Source of the DNA: Paragordius varius | Lineage: Eukaryota; Animalia; Nematomorpha | DNA: 43,264 nt | Assembly: GCA_964247055.1 (NCBI GenBank) | Contig: CAXTSY010000005.1 | Coordinates: 1 to 43,264, forward strand | Reading direction: 5' to 3' | In this document: one piece after another, positions 1-12,669 of the stretch | Layout of the letters: the number at the start of each line of letters is the position of its first letter | Position numbering within the stretch: position 1 is the stretch's first letter | Made by a program: the position numbers and the translations under genes | Notes under the pieces: model-generated | What the model saw: the letters and a program-made list of their open reading frames with translations, nothing else | Database searches by the model: none | What the model was told of the DNA's origin: nothing

Positions 1-105
1 TTTTATTTTATTTTATTTTATTTTTATTTTATTTAATTTTATTTTATTTTATTTTATTTTATTTTATTTTAATTTATTTTATTTTATTTTATTTTATTTT
101 ATTTT

Positions 106-123
106 ATATAAATATAGTTATAT
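106..123. repeat. Motif A: interspersed 18-bp imperfect palindrome ATATAAATATAGTTATAT (first copy; about 140 copies up to 42491-42508)
   Basis: Copies start at e.g. 106, 326, 650, 999, 1141, 1319, 1904, 2437, 5306, 15628, 23817, 32891 and 42491. The reverse complement ATATAACTATATTTATAT matches at 16/18 positions. Confidence 0.95.
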
Positions 124-325
124 TTTATTTTATTTTATTTTATTTTATTTTATTTTATTTATATTTATTTTATTTTATTTTATTTTATTTTATTTTATTT
201 TATTTATTTTATTTTATTTTATTTTATTTTATTTTATTTTATTTTATTTTATTTTATTTTATTTTATTTTATTTTATTTTATTTTATTTTATTTTATTTT
301 AATTTATTTTATTTTATATTATTTT

Positions 326-1318
326 ATATAAATATAGTTATATTTTATTTTATTTTATTTTTATTTTATTTAGTTTTATTTTATTTTATTTTATTTTCAT
401 TTATTTTTATTTTATTTAATTTTATTTTATTTTATTTTATTTTATTTTATTTTATTTTATTTTATTTTAATTTATTTTATTTTATTTTATTTTATATAAA
501 TAGAGTTATATTTTATTTTATTTTATTTTATTTATATTTATTTTATTTTATTATATTTTATTTTATTTTATTTTATTTTATTTTATTTTATTTTATTTTA
601 TTTTATTTTATTTTATTTTATTTTATTTTAATTTATTTTATTTTATTTTATATAAATATAGTTATATTTTATTTTATTTAATTTTATTTTATTTTATTTT
701 ATATTAATATAGTTTTATTTTATTTTATTTTATTTTATTTTATTTTATTTTATTTTATTTTATATTATTTTTATTTAATTTTAATTTATTTAATTTTATT
801 TTATTTTATTTTATTTTATTTTATTTTATTTTATTTTATTTTATTTTATTTTATTTTATTTTATTTTATTTTATTTTATTTTATTTTATTTTATTTTATT
901 TTATATTATTTTATTTTATTTTATTTTATTTTATTTTATTTTATTTTTATTTTATTTTATTTAATTTTAATTTATTTTATTTTATTTTATTTTATTTTAT
1001 ATAAATATAGTTATATTTTATTTTATTTAATTTTATTTTATTTTATTTTATTTTATTTTATTTTATTTTATTTTATTTTATTTTATTTTATTTTATTTTA
1101 TTTTATTTTATTTTATTTTATTTTATTTTTATATTATTTTATATAAATATAGTTATATTTTATTTTATTTTATTTTTATTTTATTTAGTTTTATTTTATT
1201 TTATTTTATTTTCATTTATTTTTATTTTATTTAATTTTATTTTATTTTATTTTATTTTATTTTATTTTATTTTATTTTATTTTATTTTAATTTATTTTAT
1301 TTTATTTTATTTTATTTT
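326..1318. repeat. Local duplication, offset 815 bp (about 326-493 and 1141-1318)
   Basis: Motif A at 326/1141, a rare G at 373/1188 and a rare C at 398/1213 all lie exactly 815 bp apart. The GAG variant of motif A occurs only at 494 and 1515. Confidence 0.85.
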
Positions 1319-2040
1319 ATATAAATATAGTTATATTTTATTTTATTTTATTTTATTTATTTTTATTTTATTTTATTATATTTTATTTTATTTTATTTAT
1401 TTTTTATTTTATTTTATTTTATTTTATTTTATTATATTTTATTTTATTTTATTTTATTTTATTTTATTTTATTTTTATTTTATTTATTTATTTTATTTTA
1501 TTTTATTTTATTTTATATAAATAGAGTTATATTTTATTTTATTTTATTTTATTTATATTTATTTTATTTTATTATATTTTATTTTATTTTATTTTATTTT
1601 ATTTTATTTTATTTTAATTTATTTTATTTTATTTTATTTTATTTTATTTTATTTTATTTTATTTTATTTTATTTTATTTTTATATAATTTTAATTTATTT
1701 TATTTTATTTTATTTTATTTTATTTTATTTTATTTTATTTTTATTTTATTTAATGTTAATTTATTTTATTTTATTTTATTTTATTTTATTTTATTTTATT
1801 TTATTTTATTTTATTTTTATTTTATTTAATTTTAATTTATTTTATTTTATTTTATTTTATTTTATTTTATTTTATTTTATTTTATTTTATTTTATTTTAT
1901 TTTATATAAATATAGTTATATTTTATTTTATTTTATTTTATTATATTTTATTTTTATTTAATTTTATTTTATTTAATTTTATTTTATTTATTTTATTTTA
2001 TTTTTATTTTATTTAATTTTATTTTATTATATTTTATTTT

Positions 2041-2069
2041 ATATTAATTTATTTTTTTTATTTTTTTTT
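2041..2069. repeat. T8/T9 module ATATTAATTTATTTTTTTTATTTTTTTT(T) (representative copy)
   Basis: Recurs near 3720, 5510, 6290, 7420, 9540, 12370, 13790, 15290, 18360, 22000, 23480, 25670 and 26200. A TTTTTCTTT variant has C at 6899, 8024, 10898, 12991, 14354, 14561, 21220, 22558 and 22765. Confidence 0.85.
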
Positions 2070-2557
2070 ATTTTATTTTATTTTATTTTATTTTATTTTA
2101 TTTTATTTTATTTTATTTTATTTTATTTTATTTTATTTTATTTTATTTTATTTTTATTTTATTTAATTTTAATTTATTTTATTTTATTTTATTTTATTTT
2201 ATTTTATATTAATTTATTTTATTTTATTTTATTTTATTTTATTTTATTTTATTTTATTTTATTTTATTTTTATTTTATTTTATTTTATTTTATTTTATTT
2301 TATTTTATTTTATTTTATTTTATTTTATTTTATTTTATTTTATTTTATTTTATTTTATTTTATTTTATTTTATTTTATTTTATTTTATTTTATTTTATTT
2401 TATTTTATTTTATTTTATTTTATTTTATTTTATTTTATATAAATATAGTTATATTTTATTTTATTTAATTTTATTTTATTTTATTTTATTTTATTTTATT
2501 TTATTTTATTTTGTTTTATTTTATTTAATTTTATTTTATTTTATTTTATTTTATTTT

Positions 2558-2598
2558 ATTATATTTTAATTTATTTTTATTTTATTTAATTTTAGTTT
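2558..2598. repeat. Motif D: interspersed 41-bp block ATTATATTTTAATTTATTTTTATTTTATTTAATTTTAGTTT (first copy)
   Basis: Near-identical copies recur across the window, with the G at e.g. 2595, 13382, 21611, 33200, 33515, 36436 and 36764. Confidence 0.9.
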
Positions 2599-2695
2599 AT
2601 TTTATTTTATTTTATTTTTTTATTTTATTTTATTTTATTTTATTTTATTTTATTTTATTTTATTTTATTTTATTTTATTTTATTTTATTTTATTT

Positions 2696-2769
2696 TATTT
2701 TATTTAATTTTAGTTTATTTTATAATATATAAATATAGTTATATTTTATTTAATTTTAGTTTATTTTAT
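2696..2769. repeat. Composite C: 28-bp direct repeats (2696-2723, 2742-2769) flanking AATATATAAATATAGTTA (first copy)
   Basis: The G residues of the two AATTTTAGTTT words are 46 bp apart (2713/2759). The first G of other copies is at 2883, 4350, 8404, 11263, 16334, 16514, 17338, 18557, 19034, 24048, 24657, 25866 and 26965. No complete copy was seen after about 27,030. Confidence 0.88.
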
Positions 2770-3938
2770 TTTATTTTTTTATTTTATTTTATTTTATTTT
2801 ATTTTATTTTATTTTATTTTATTTTATTTTAATTTATTTTATTTTATATAAATATAGTTATATTTTATTTTATTTAATTTTAGTTTATTTTATAATATAT
2901 AAATATAGTTATATTTTATTTAATTTTAGTTTATTTTATTTTATTTTTTTATTTTATTTTATTTTATTTTATTTTATTTTATTTTATTTTATTTTATTTT
3001 TATTTTATTTAATTTTAATTTATTTTATTTTATTTTATTTTATATTAATTTAATTTATTTTTTATTTTATTTTATTTTATTTTATTTTATTTTATTTTAT
3101 TTTTATTTTATTTAATTTTAATTTATTTTATTTTATTTAATTTTATTTTATTTTATTTTATTTTATTTTATTTTATTTTATTTTATTTTATTTTATTTTA
3201 TTTTATTTTATTTTATTTTATTTTATTTTATTTAATTTTATTTTATTTTATTTTATTTTATTTTATTTTATTATATTTTAATTTATTTTTATTTTATTTA
3301 ATTTTAGTTTATTTTATTTTATTCTATTTTATTTTTTTATTTTATTTTATTTTTATTTAATTTTAATTTATTTTATTTTATTTTATTTTATTTTATTTTA
3401 TTTTATTTTATTTTATTTTATTTTATTTTATTTTATTTTATTTTATTTTATTTTATTTTATTTTATATAAATATAGTTATATTTTATTTTATTTAATTTT
3501 ATTTTATTTTATTTTATTTTATTTTATTTTATTTTATTTTATTTTATTTTATTTTATTTTATTTTTATTTAATTTTAATTTATTTTATTTTATTTTATTT
3601 TATTTTATTTTATTTTATTTTATTTTATTTTATTTTATTTTATTTTATATTAATTTATTTTATTTTATTTTATTTTTATTTTATTTAATTTTATTTTATT
3701 ATATTTTATTTTATATTAATTTATTTTTTTTATTTTTTTTTATTTTATTTTATTTTATTTTATTTTATTTTATTTTATTTTATTTTATTTTATTTTATTT
3801 TATTTTATTTTATTTTATTTTATTTTTATTTTATTTAATTTTAATTTATTTTATTTTATTTTATTTTATTTTATTTTATTTTATATTAATTTATTTTATT
3901 TTATTTTATTTTATTTTATTTTATTTTATTTTATTTTT

Positions 3939-4133
3939 ATTTTATTTTATTTTATTTTATTTTATTTTATTTTATTTTATTTTATTTTATTTTATTTTAT
4001 TTTATTTTATTTTATTTTATTTTATTTTATTTTATTTTATTTTATTTTATTTTATTTTATTTTATTTTATTTTATTTTATTTTATTTTATTTTATTTTAT
4101 TTTATTTTATTTTATTTTATTTTATTTTATTTT
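3939..4133. repeat. Longest uninterrupted (ATTTT)n run found, 39 units
   Basis: Perfect pentamers from 3939 up to motif A at 4134. Confidence 0.8.
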
Positions 4134-7100
4134 ATATAAATATAGTTATATTTTATTTTATTTTATTTTATTTTATTTTATTTTATTTTATTTTATTTTA
4201 TTTTATTTTATTTTATTTTATTTTATTTTATTTTATTTTATTATATTTTAATTTATTTTTATTTTATTTAATTTTAGTTTATTTTATTTTATTTTATTTT
4301 ATTTTTTTATTTTATTTTATTTTATTTTATTTTATTTTATTTAATTTTAGTTTATTTTATAATATATAAATATAGTTATATTTTATTTAATTTTAGTTTA
4401 TTTTATTTTATTTTTTTATTTTATTTTATTTTATTTTATTTTATTTTATTTTATTTTATTTTAATTTATTTTATTTTATATAAATATAGTTATATTTTAT
4501 TTTATTTAATTTTATTTTATTTTATTTTATATAAATATAGTTATATTTTATTTTATTTTATTTTATTTTATTTTATTTTATTTTATTTTATTTTATTTTA
4601 TTTTATTTTATTTTATTTTATTTTTATATAATTTTAATTTATTTTATTTTATTTTATTTTATTTTATTTTATTTTATTTTATTTTATTTTTATTTTAATT
4701 AATTTTAATTTATTTTATTTTATTTTATTTTATTTTATTTTATTTTATTTTATTTTATTTTATTTTATTTTATTTTATTTTATTTTATTTTATTTTATTT
4801 TATTTTATTTTATTTTATTTTATTTTATTTTATTTTATTTTATTTTATTTTTATTTTATTTAATTTTAATTTATTTTATTTTATTTTATTTTATATTAAT
4901 TTAATTTATTTTTTATTTTATTTTATTTTATTTTATTTTATTTTATTTTTATTTTATTTAATTTTAATTTATTTTATTTTATTTAATTTTATTTTATTTT
5001 ATTTTATTTTATTTTATTTTATTTTATTTTATTTTATTTTATTTTATTTAATTTTATTTTATTTTATTTTATTTTATTTTATTTTATTTTATTTTATTTT
5101 ATTTTATTTTATTTTATTATATTTTAATTTATTATATTTTAATTTATTTTTATTTTATTTAATTTTAGTTTATTTTATTTTATTCTATTTTATTTTTTTA
5201 TTTTATTTTATTTTTATTTAATTTTAATTTATTTTATTTTATTTTATTTTATTTTATTTTATTTTATTTTATTTTATTTTATTTTATTTTATTTTATTTT
5301 ATTTTATATAAATATAGTTATATTTTATTTTATTTTATTTTATTTTATTTTATTTTATTTTATTTTATTTTATTTTTATTTAATTTTAATTTATTTTATT
5401 TTATTTTATTTTATTTTATTTTATTTTATTTTATATTAATTTATTTTATTTTATTTTATTTTATTTTTATTTTATTTAATTTTATTTTATTATATTTTAT
5501 TTTATATTAATTTATTTTTTTTATTTTTTTTTATTTTATTTTATTTTATTTTATTTAATTTTATTTTATTTTATTTTATTTTATTTTATTTTATTTTATT
5601 TTATTTTATTTTATTTTATTTTATTTTATTTTATTTTATTTTATTTTATTTTATTTTATTTTATTTTATTTTATATTAATTTAATTTATTTTTTATTTTA
5701 TTTTATTTTATTTTATTTTATTTTATTTTTATTTTATTTAATTTTAATTTATTTTATTTTATTTAATTTTATTTTATTTTATTTTATTTTATTTTATTTT
5801 ATTTTATTTTATTTTATTTTATTTTATTTAATTTTATTTTATTTTATTTTATTTTATTTTATTTTATTTTATTTTATTTTATTTTATTTTATTTTATTTT
5901 ATTATATTTTAATTTATTATATTTTAATTTATTTTTATTTTATTTAATTTTAGTTTATTTTATTTTATTCTATTTTATTTTTTTATTTTATTTTATTTTT
6001 ATTTAATTTTAATTTATTTTATTTTATTTTATTTTATTTTATTTTATTTTATTTTATTTTATTTTATTTTATTTTATTTTATTTTATATAAATATAGTTA
6101 TATTTTATTTTATTTTATTTTATTTTATTTTATTTTATTTTATTTTATTTTATTTTTATTTAATTTTAATTTATTTTATTTTATTTTATTTTATTTTATT
6201 TTATTTTATTTTATATTAATTTATTTTATTTTATTTTATTTTATTTTTATTTTATTTAATTTTATTTTATTATATTTTATTTTATATTAATTTATTTTTT
6301 TTATTTTTTTTTATTTTATTTTATTTTATTTTATTTAATTTTATTTTATTTTATTTTATTTTATTTTATTTTATTTTATTTTATTTTATTTTATTTTATT
6401 TTATTTTATTTTATTTTATTTTATTTTATTTTATTTTATTTTATTTTATTTTATTTTATTTTATTTTTATTTTATTTAATTTTAATTTATTTTATTTTAT
6501 ATTATTTTATTTTATTTTATATTAATTTATTTTATTTTATTTTATTTTATTTTATTTTATTTTATTTTATTTTATTTTATTTTATTATATTTTAATTTAT
6601 TTTTATTTTATTTAATTTTAGTTTATTTTATTTTATTTTATTTTATTTTTTTATTTTATTTTATTTTATTTTATTTTATTTTATTTTAATTTATTTTATT
6701 TTATATAAATATAGTTATATTTTATTTTATTTTATTTTATTTTATTTTATATAAATATAGTTATTTATTTTATTTAATTTTATTTTATTTAATTTTATTT
6801 TATTTTATTTTATTTTATTTTATATTAATTTATTTTATTTTTATTTTATTTAATTTTAATTTATTTTATTATATTTTATTTTATATTAATTTATTTTTCT
6901 TTATTTTTTTTTATTTTATTTTATTTTATTTTATTTTATTTTATTTTATTTTATTTTATTTTATTTTATTTTTATTTTATTTAATTTTAATTTATTTTAT
7001 TTTATTTTATTTTATATTAATTTAATTTATTTTTTATTTTATTTTATTTTATTTTATTTTATTTTTATTTTATTTAATTTTCGTTTATTTTATTTTATTC

Positions 7101-8700
7101 TATTTTATTTTTTTATTTTATTTTATTTTTATTTAATTTTAATTTATTTTATTTTATTTTATTTTATTTTATTTTATTTTATTTTATTTTATTTTATTTT
7201 ATTTTATATAAATATAGTTATATTTTATTTTATTTAATTTTATTTTATTTTATTTTATTTTATTTTATTTTATTTTTATTTAATTTTAATTTATTTTATT
7301 TTATTTTATTTTATTTTATTTTATTTTATTTTATTTTATTTTATATTAATTTATTTTATTTTATTTTATTTTATTTTTATTTTATTTAATTTTATTTTAT
7401 TATATTTTATTTTATATTAATTTATTTTTTTTATTTTTTTTTATTTTATTTTATTTTATTTTATTTAATTTTATTTTATTTTATTTTATTTTATTTTATT
7501 TTATTTTATTTTATTTTATTTTATTTTATTTTATTTTATTTTATTTTATTTTATTTTATTTTATTTTATTTTTATTTTATTTAATTTTAATTTATTTTAT
7601 TTTATATTATTTTATTTTATTTTATATTAATTTATTTTATTTTATTTTATTTTATTTTATTTTATTTTATTTTATTTTATTTTATTTTATTTTATTTTAT
7701 TTTATTTTATTTTATTATATTTTAATTTATTTTTATTTTATTTAATTTTAGTTTATTTTATTTTATTTTATTTTATTTTTTTATTTTATTTTATTTTATT
7801 TTATTTTATTTTAATTTATTTTATTTTATATAAATATAGTTATATTTTATTTTATTTTATTTTATTTTATTTTATATAAATATAGTTATTTATTTTATTT
7901 AATTTTATTTTATTTAATTTTATTTTATTTTATTTTATTTTATTTTATATTAATTTATTTTATTTTTATTTTATTTAATTTTAATTTATTTTATTATATT
8001 TTATTTTATATTAATTTATTTTTCTTTATTTTATTTTATTTTATTTTATTTTATTTTATTTTATTTTATTTTATTTTATTTTATTTTATTTTATTTTATT
8101 TTATTTTATTTTATTTTATTTTATTTTATTTTATTTTATTTTATTTTATTTTATTTTATTTTATTTTATTTTATTTTATTTTATTTTATTTTATTTTATA
8201 TAAATATAGTTATATTTTATTTTATTTTATTTTATTTTATTTTATTTTATTTTATTTTATTTAATTTTATTTTATTTTATTTTATTTTATTTTATTTTAT
8301 TTTATTTTATTATATTTTAATTTATTTTTATTTTATTTAATTTTAGTTTATTTTATTTTATTTTATTTTTTTATTTTATTTTATTTTATTTTATTTAATT
8401 TTAGTTTATTTTATAATATATAAATATAGTTATATTTTATTTAATTTTAGTTTATTTTATTTTATTTTTTTATTTTATTTTATTTTATTTTATTTTATTT
8501 TATTTTATTTTATTTTATTTTATTTTATTTTATTTTATTTTAATTTATTTTATTTTATATAAATATAGTTATATTTTATTTTATTTAATTTTATTTTATT
8601 TTATTTTATATAAATATAGTTATATTTTATTTTATTTTATTTTATTTTATTTTATTTTATTTTATTTTATTTTATTTTATTTTTATATAATTTTAATTTA
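4134..8700. repeat. Higher-order duplication, offset about 4.06 kb (about 4134-4640 vs 8198-8700)
   Basis: Marker pairs: motif A 4134/8198, composite G 4350/8404, motif A 4478/8557 and 4529/8608, and ATATAATTTTAATTT 4626/8685. Confidence 0.75.
4893..6452. repeat. Tandem duplication of a unit of about 780 bp (4893-5672, 5673-6452)
   Basis: ATATTAATTTAATTT at 4893/5673, ATTCT C at 5185/5970 and motif A at 5306/6086. Confidence 0.85.
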
Positions 8701-11700
8701 TTTTATTTTATTTTATTTTATTTTATTTTATTTTATTTTATTTTATTTTATTTTTATTTTATTTAATTTTAATTTATTTTATTTTATTTTATTTTATTTT
8801 ATTTTATTTTATTTTATTTTATTTTATTTTATTTTATTTTATTTTATTTTATTTTATTTTATTTTATTTTATTTTATTTTATTTTTATTTTATTTAATTT
8901 TAATTTATTTTATTTTATTTTATTTTATATTAATTTAATTTATTTTTTATTTTATTTTATTTTATTTTATTTTATTTTATTTTTATTTTATTTAATTTTA
9001 ATTTATTTTATTTTATTTTATTTTATTTTATTTTATTTTATTTTATTTTATTTTATTTTATTTTATTTAATTTTATTTTATTTTATTTTATTTTATTTTA
9101 TTTTATTATATTTTAATTTATTTTTATTTTATTTAATTTTAGTTTATTTTATTTTATTCTATTTTATTTTTTTATTTTATTTTATTTTTATTTAATTTTA
9201 ATTTATTTTATTTTATTTTATTTTATTTTATTTTATTTTATTTTATTTTATTTTATTTTATTTTATTTTATTTTATTTTATTTTATTTTATTTTATTTTA
9301 TTTTTATAAATATAGTTATATTTTATTTTATTTAATTTTATTTTATTTTATTTTATTTTATTTTATTTTATTTTATTTTATTTTTATTTAATTTTAATTT
9401 ATTTTATTTTATTTTATTTTATTTTATTTTATTTTATTTTATTTTATTTTATTTTATTTTATTTTATATTAATTTATTTTATTTTATTTTATTTTATTTT
9501 TATTTTATTTAATTTTATTTTATTATATTTTATTTTATATTAATTTATTTTTTTTATTTTTTTTTATTTTATTTTATTTTATTTTATTTAATTTTATTTT
9601 ATTTTATTTTATTTTATTTTATTTTATTTTATTTTATTTTATTTTATTTTATTTTATTTTATTTTATTTTATTTTATTTTTATTTTATTTAATTTTAATT
9701 TATTTTATTTTATATTATTTTATTTTATTTTATATTAATTTATTTTATTTTATTTTATTTTATTTTATTTTATTTTATTTTATTTTATTTTATTTTATTT
9801 TATTTTATTTTTATTTTATTTAATTTTAATTTATTTTATTTTATTTTATTTTATATTAATTTAATTTATTTTTTATTTTATTTTATTTTATTTTATTTTA
9901 TTTTATTTTTATTTTATTTAATTTTAATTTATTTTATTTTATTTTATTTTATTTTATTTTATTTTATTTTATTTTATTTTATTTTATTTTATTTTATTTA
10001 ATTTTATTTTATTTTATTTTATTTTATTTTATTATATTTTAATTTATTTTTATTTTATTTAATTTTAGTTTATTTTATTTTATTCTATTTTATTTTTTTA
10101 TTTTATTTTATTTTTATTTAATTTTAATTTATTTTATTTTATTTTATTTTATTTTATTTTATTTTATTTTATTTTATTTTATTTTATTTTATTTTATTTT
10201 TATAAATATAGTTATATTTTATTTTATTTAATTTTATTTTATTTTATTTTATTTTATTTTATTTTATTTTATTTTATTTTATTTTATTTTTATTTAATTT
10301 TAATTTATTTTATTTTATTTTATTTTATTTTATTTTATTTTATTTTATTTTATTTTATTTTATTTTATTTTATTTTATTTTATTTTATTTTATTTTATTT
10401 TATTTTATTTTATTTTATTTTATTTTTATTTTATTTAATTTTAATTTATTTTATTTTATATTATTTTATTTTATTTTATATTAATTTATTTTATTTTATT
10501 TTATTTTATTTTATTTTATTTTATTTTATTTTATTTTATTTTATTTTATTTTATTTTATTTTATTTTATTTTATTTTATTTTATTATATTTTAATTTATT
10601 TTTATTTTATTTAATTTTAGTTTATTTTATTTTATTTTATTTTATTTTTTTATTTTATTTTATTTTATTTTATTTTATTTTATTTTAATTTATTTTATTT
10701 TATATAAATATAGTTATATTTTATTTTATTTTATTTTATTTTATTTTATATAAATATAGTTATTTATTTTATTTAATTTTATTTTATTTAATTTTATTTT
10801 ATTTTATTTTATTTTATTTTATATTAATTTATTTTATTTTTATTTTATTTAATTTTAATTTATTTTATTATATTTTATTTTATATTAATTTATTTTTCTT
10901 TATTTTATTTTATTTTATTTTATTTTATTTTATTTTATTTTATTTTATTTTATTTTATTTTATTTTATTTTATTTTATTTTATTTTATTTTATTTTATTT
11001 TATTTTATTTTATTTTATTTTATTTTATTTTATTTTATTTTATTTTATTTTATTTTATTTTATTTTATATAAATATAGTTATATTTTATTTTATTTTATT
11101 TTATTTTATTTTATTTTATTTTATTTTATTTAATTTTATTTTATTTTATTTTATTTTATTTTATTTTATTATATTTTAATTTATTTTTATTTTATTTAAT
11201 TTTAGTTTATTTTATTTTATTTTATTTTATTATTTTATTTTATTTTATTTTATTTAATTTTAGTTTATTTTATAATATATAAATATAGTTATATTTTATT
11301 TAATTTTAGTTTATTTTATTTTATTTTTTTATTTTATTTTATTTTATTTTATTTTATTTTATTTTATTTTATTTTATTTTAATTTATTTTATTTTATATA
11401 AATATAGTTATATTTTATTTTATTTAATTTTATTTTATTTTATTTTATATAAATATAGTTATATTTTATTTTATTTTATTTTATTTTATTTTATTTTATT
11501 TTATTTTATTTTATTTTATTTTATTTTTATATAATTTTAATTTATTTTATTTTATTTTATTTTATTTTATTTTATTTTATTTTATTTTATTTTATTTTTA
11601 TTTTATTTAATTTTAATTTATTTTATTTTATTTTATTTTATTTTATTTTATTTTATTTTATTTTATTTTATTTTATTTTATTTTATTTTATTTTATTTTA

Positions 11701-12132
11701 TTTTTATTTTATTTAATTTTAATTTATTTTATTTTATTTTATTTTATATTAATTTAATTTATTTTTTATTTTATTTTATTTTATTTTATTTTATTTTATT
11801 TTTATTTTATTTAATTTTAATTTATTTTATTTTATTTTATTTTATTTTATTTTATTTTATTTTATTTTATTTTATTTAATTTTATTTTATTTTATTTTAT
11901 TTTATTTTATTATATTTTAATTTATTTTTATTTTATTTAATTTTAGTTTATTTTATTTTATTCTATTTTATTTTTTTATTTTATTTTATTTTTATTTAAT
12001 TTTAATTTATTTTATTTTATTTTATTTTATTTTATTTTATTTTATTTTATTTTATTTTATTTTATTTTATTTTATTTTATTTTATTTTATTTTATTTTAT
12101 TTTATTTTATTTTTATAAATATAGTTATATTT
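7828..12132. repeat. Higher-order duplication, offset about 2.8-2.9 kb (about 7828-9323 vs 10702-12132)
   Basis: Marker pairs: motif A 7828/10702, C 8024/10898, composite G 8404/11263, 8685/11529, C 9159/11963, and the TTTTTATAAAT variant of motif A 9306/12115. Confidence 0.8.
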
Positions 12133-12669
12133 TATTTTATTTAATTTTATTTTATTTTATTTTATTTTATTTTATTTTATTTTATTTTATTTTATTTTAT
12201 TTTATTTTTATTTAATTTTAATTTATTTTATTTTATTTTATTTTATTTTATTTTATTTTATTTTATTTTATTTTATTTTATTTTATTTTATTTTATATTA
12301 ATTTATTTTATTTTATTTTATTTTATTTTTATTTTATTTAATTTTATTTTATTATATTTTATTTTATATTAATTTATTTTTTTTATTTTTTTTTATTTTA
12401 TTTTATTTTATTTTATTTAATTTTATTTTATTTTATTTTATTTTATTTTATTTTATTTTATTTTATTTTATTTTATTTTATTTTATTTTATTTTATTTTA
12501 TTTTATTTTATTTTATTTTATTTTATTTTATTTTTATTTTATTTAATTTTAATTTATTTTATTTTATATTATTTTATTTTATTTTATATTAATTTATTTT
12601 ATTTTATTTTATTTTATTTTATTTTATTTTATTTTATTTTATTTTATTTTATTTTATTTTATTTTATTT

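Noticed and set aside
107-114. TATA box (TATAAATA) in every motif A; near matches to the MEF2 site and to the yeast mitochondrial promoter ATATAAGTA (8/9)
   Set aside because: Such matches are expected in nearly pure A/T DNA. There is no downstream gene or other promoter element, and the MEF2 and mitochondrial matches are imperfect.
395-399. TTTCA within TTTTA repeats (also 1210, 29159, 40879) and single ATTCT units, recalling the FAME/SCA37 and SCA10 expansions
   Set aside because: These are isolated single-unit variants, not tandem (TTTCA)n or (ATTCT)n tracts. There is no flanking Alu or unique sequence and no evidence that the DNA is human.
530-540. Perfect budding-yeast ARS consensus ATTTATATTTA, with a 10/11 match in the right half of motif A
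   Set aside because: Chance-level in this composition and only meaningful in Saccharomyces-like yeasts, which are not known to carry arrays of this kind.
1753-2016. 87-aa ORF (MLIYFILFYFILF...)
   Set aside because: The ATG comes from a single T-to-G change in the recurring TAATTTTAAT word. The peptide is just the FYFIL translation of (TTTTA)n, which is stop-free by construction. No domain or gene context supports it.
2696-2769. Composite C as a MITE or insertion with target-site duplication
   Set aside because: The 18-bp insert is shorter than the 28-bp flanking repeats and there are no transposon-type termini. The 51-bp doublet alignment shows the composite derives from the plain spacer by 3 substitutions.
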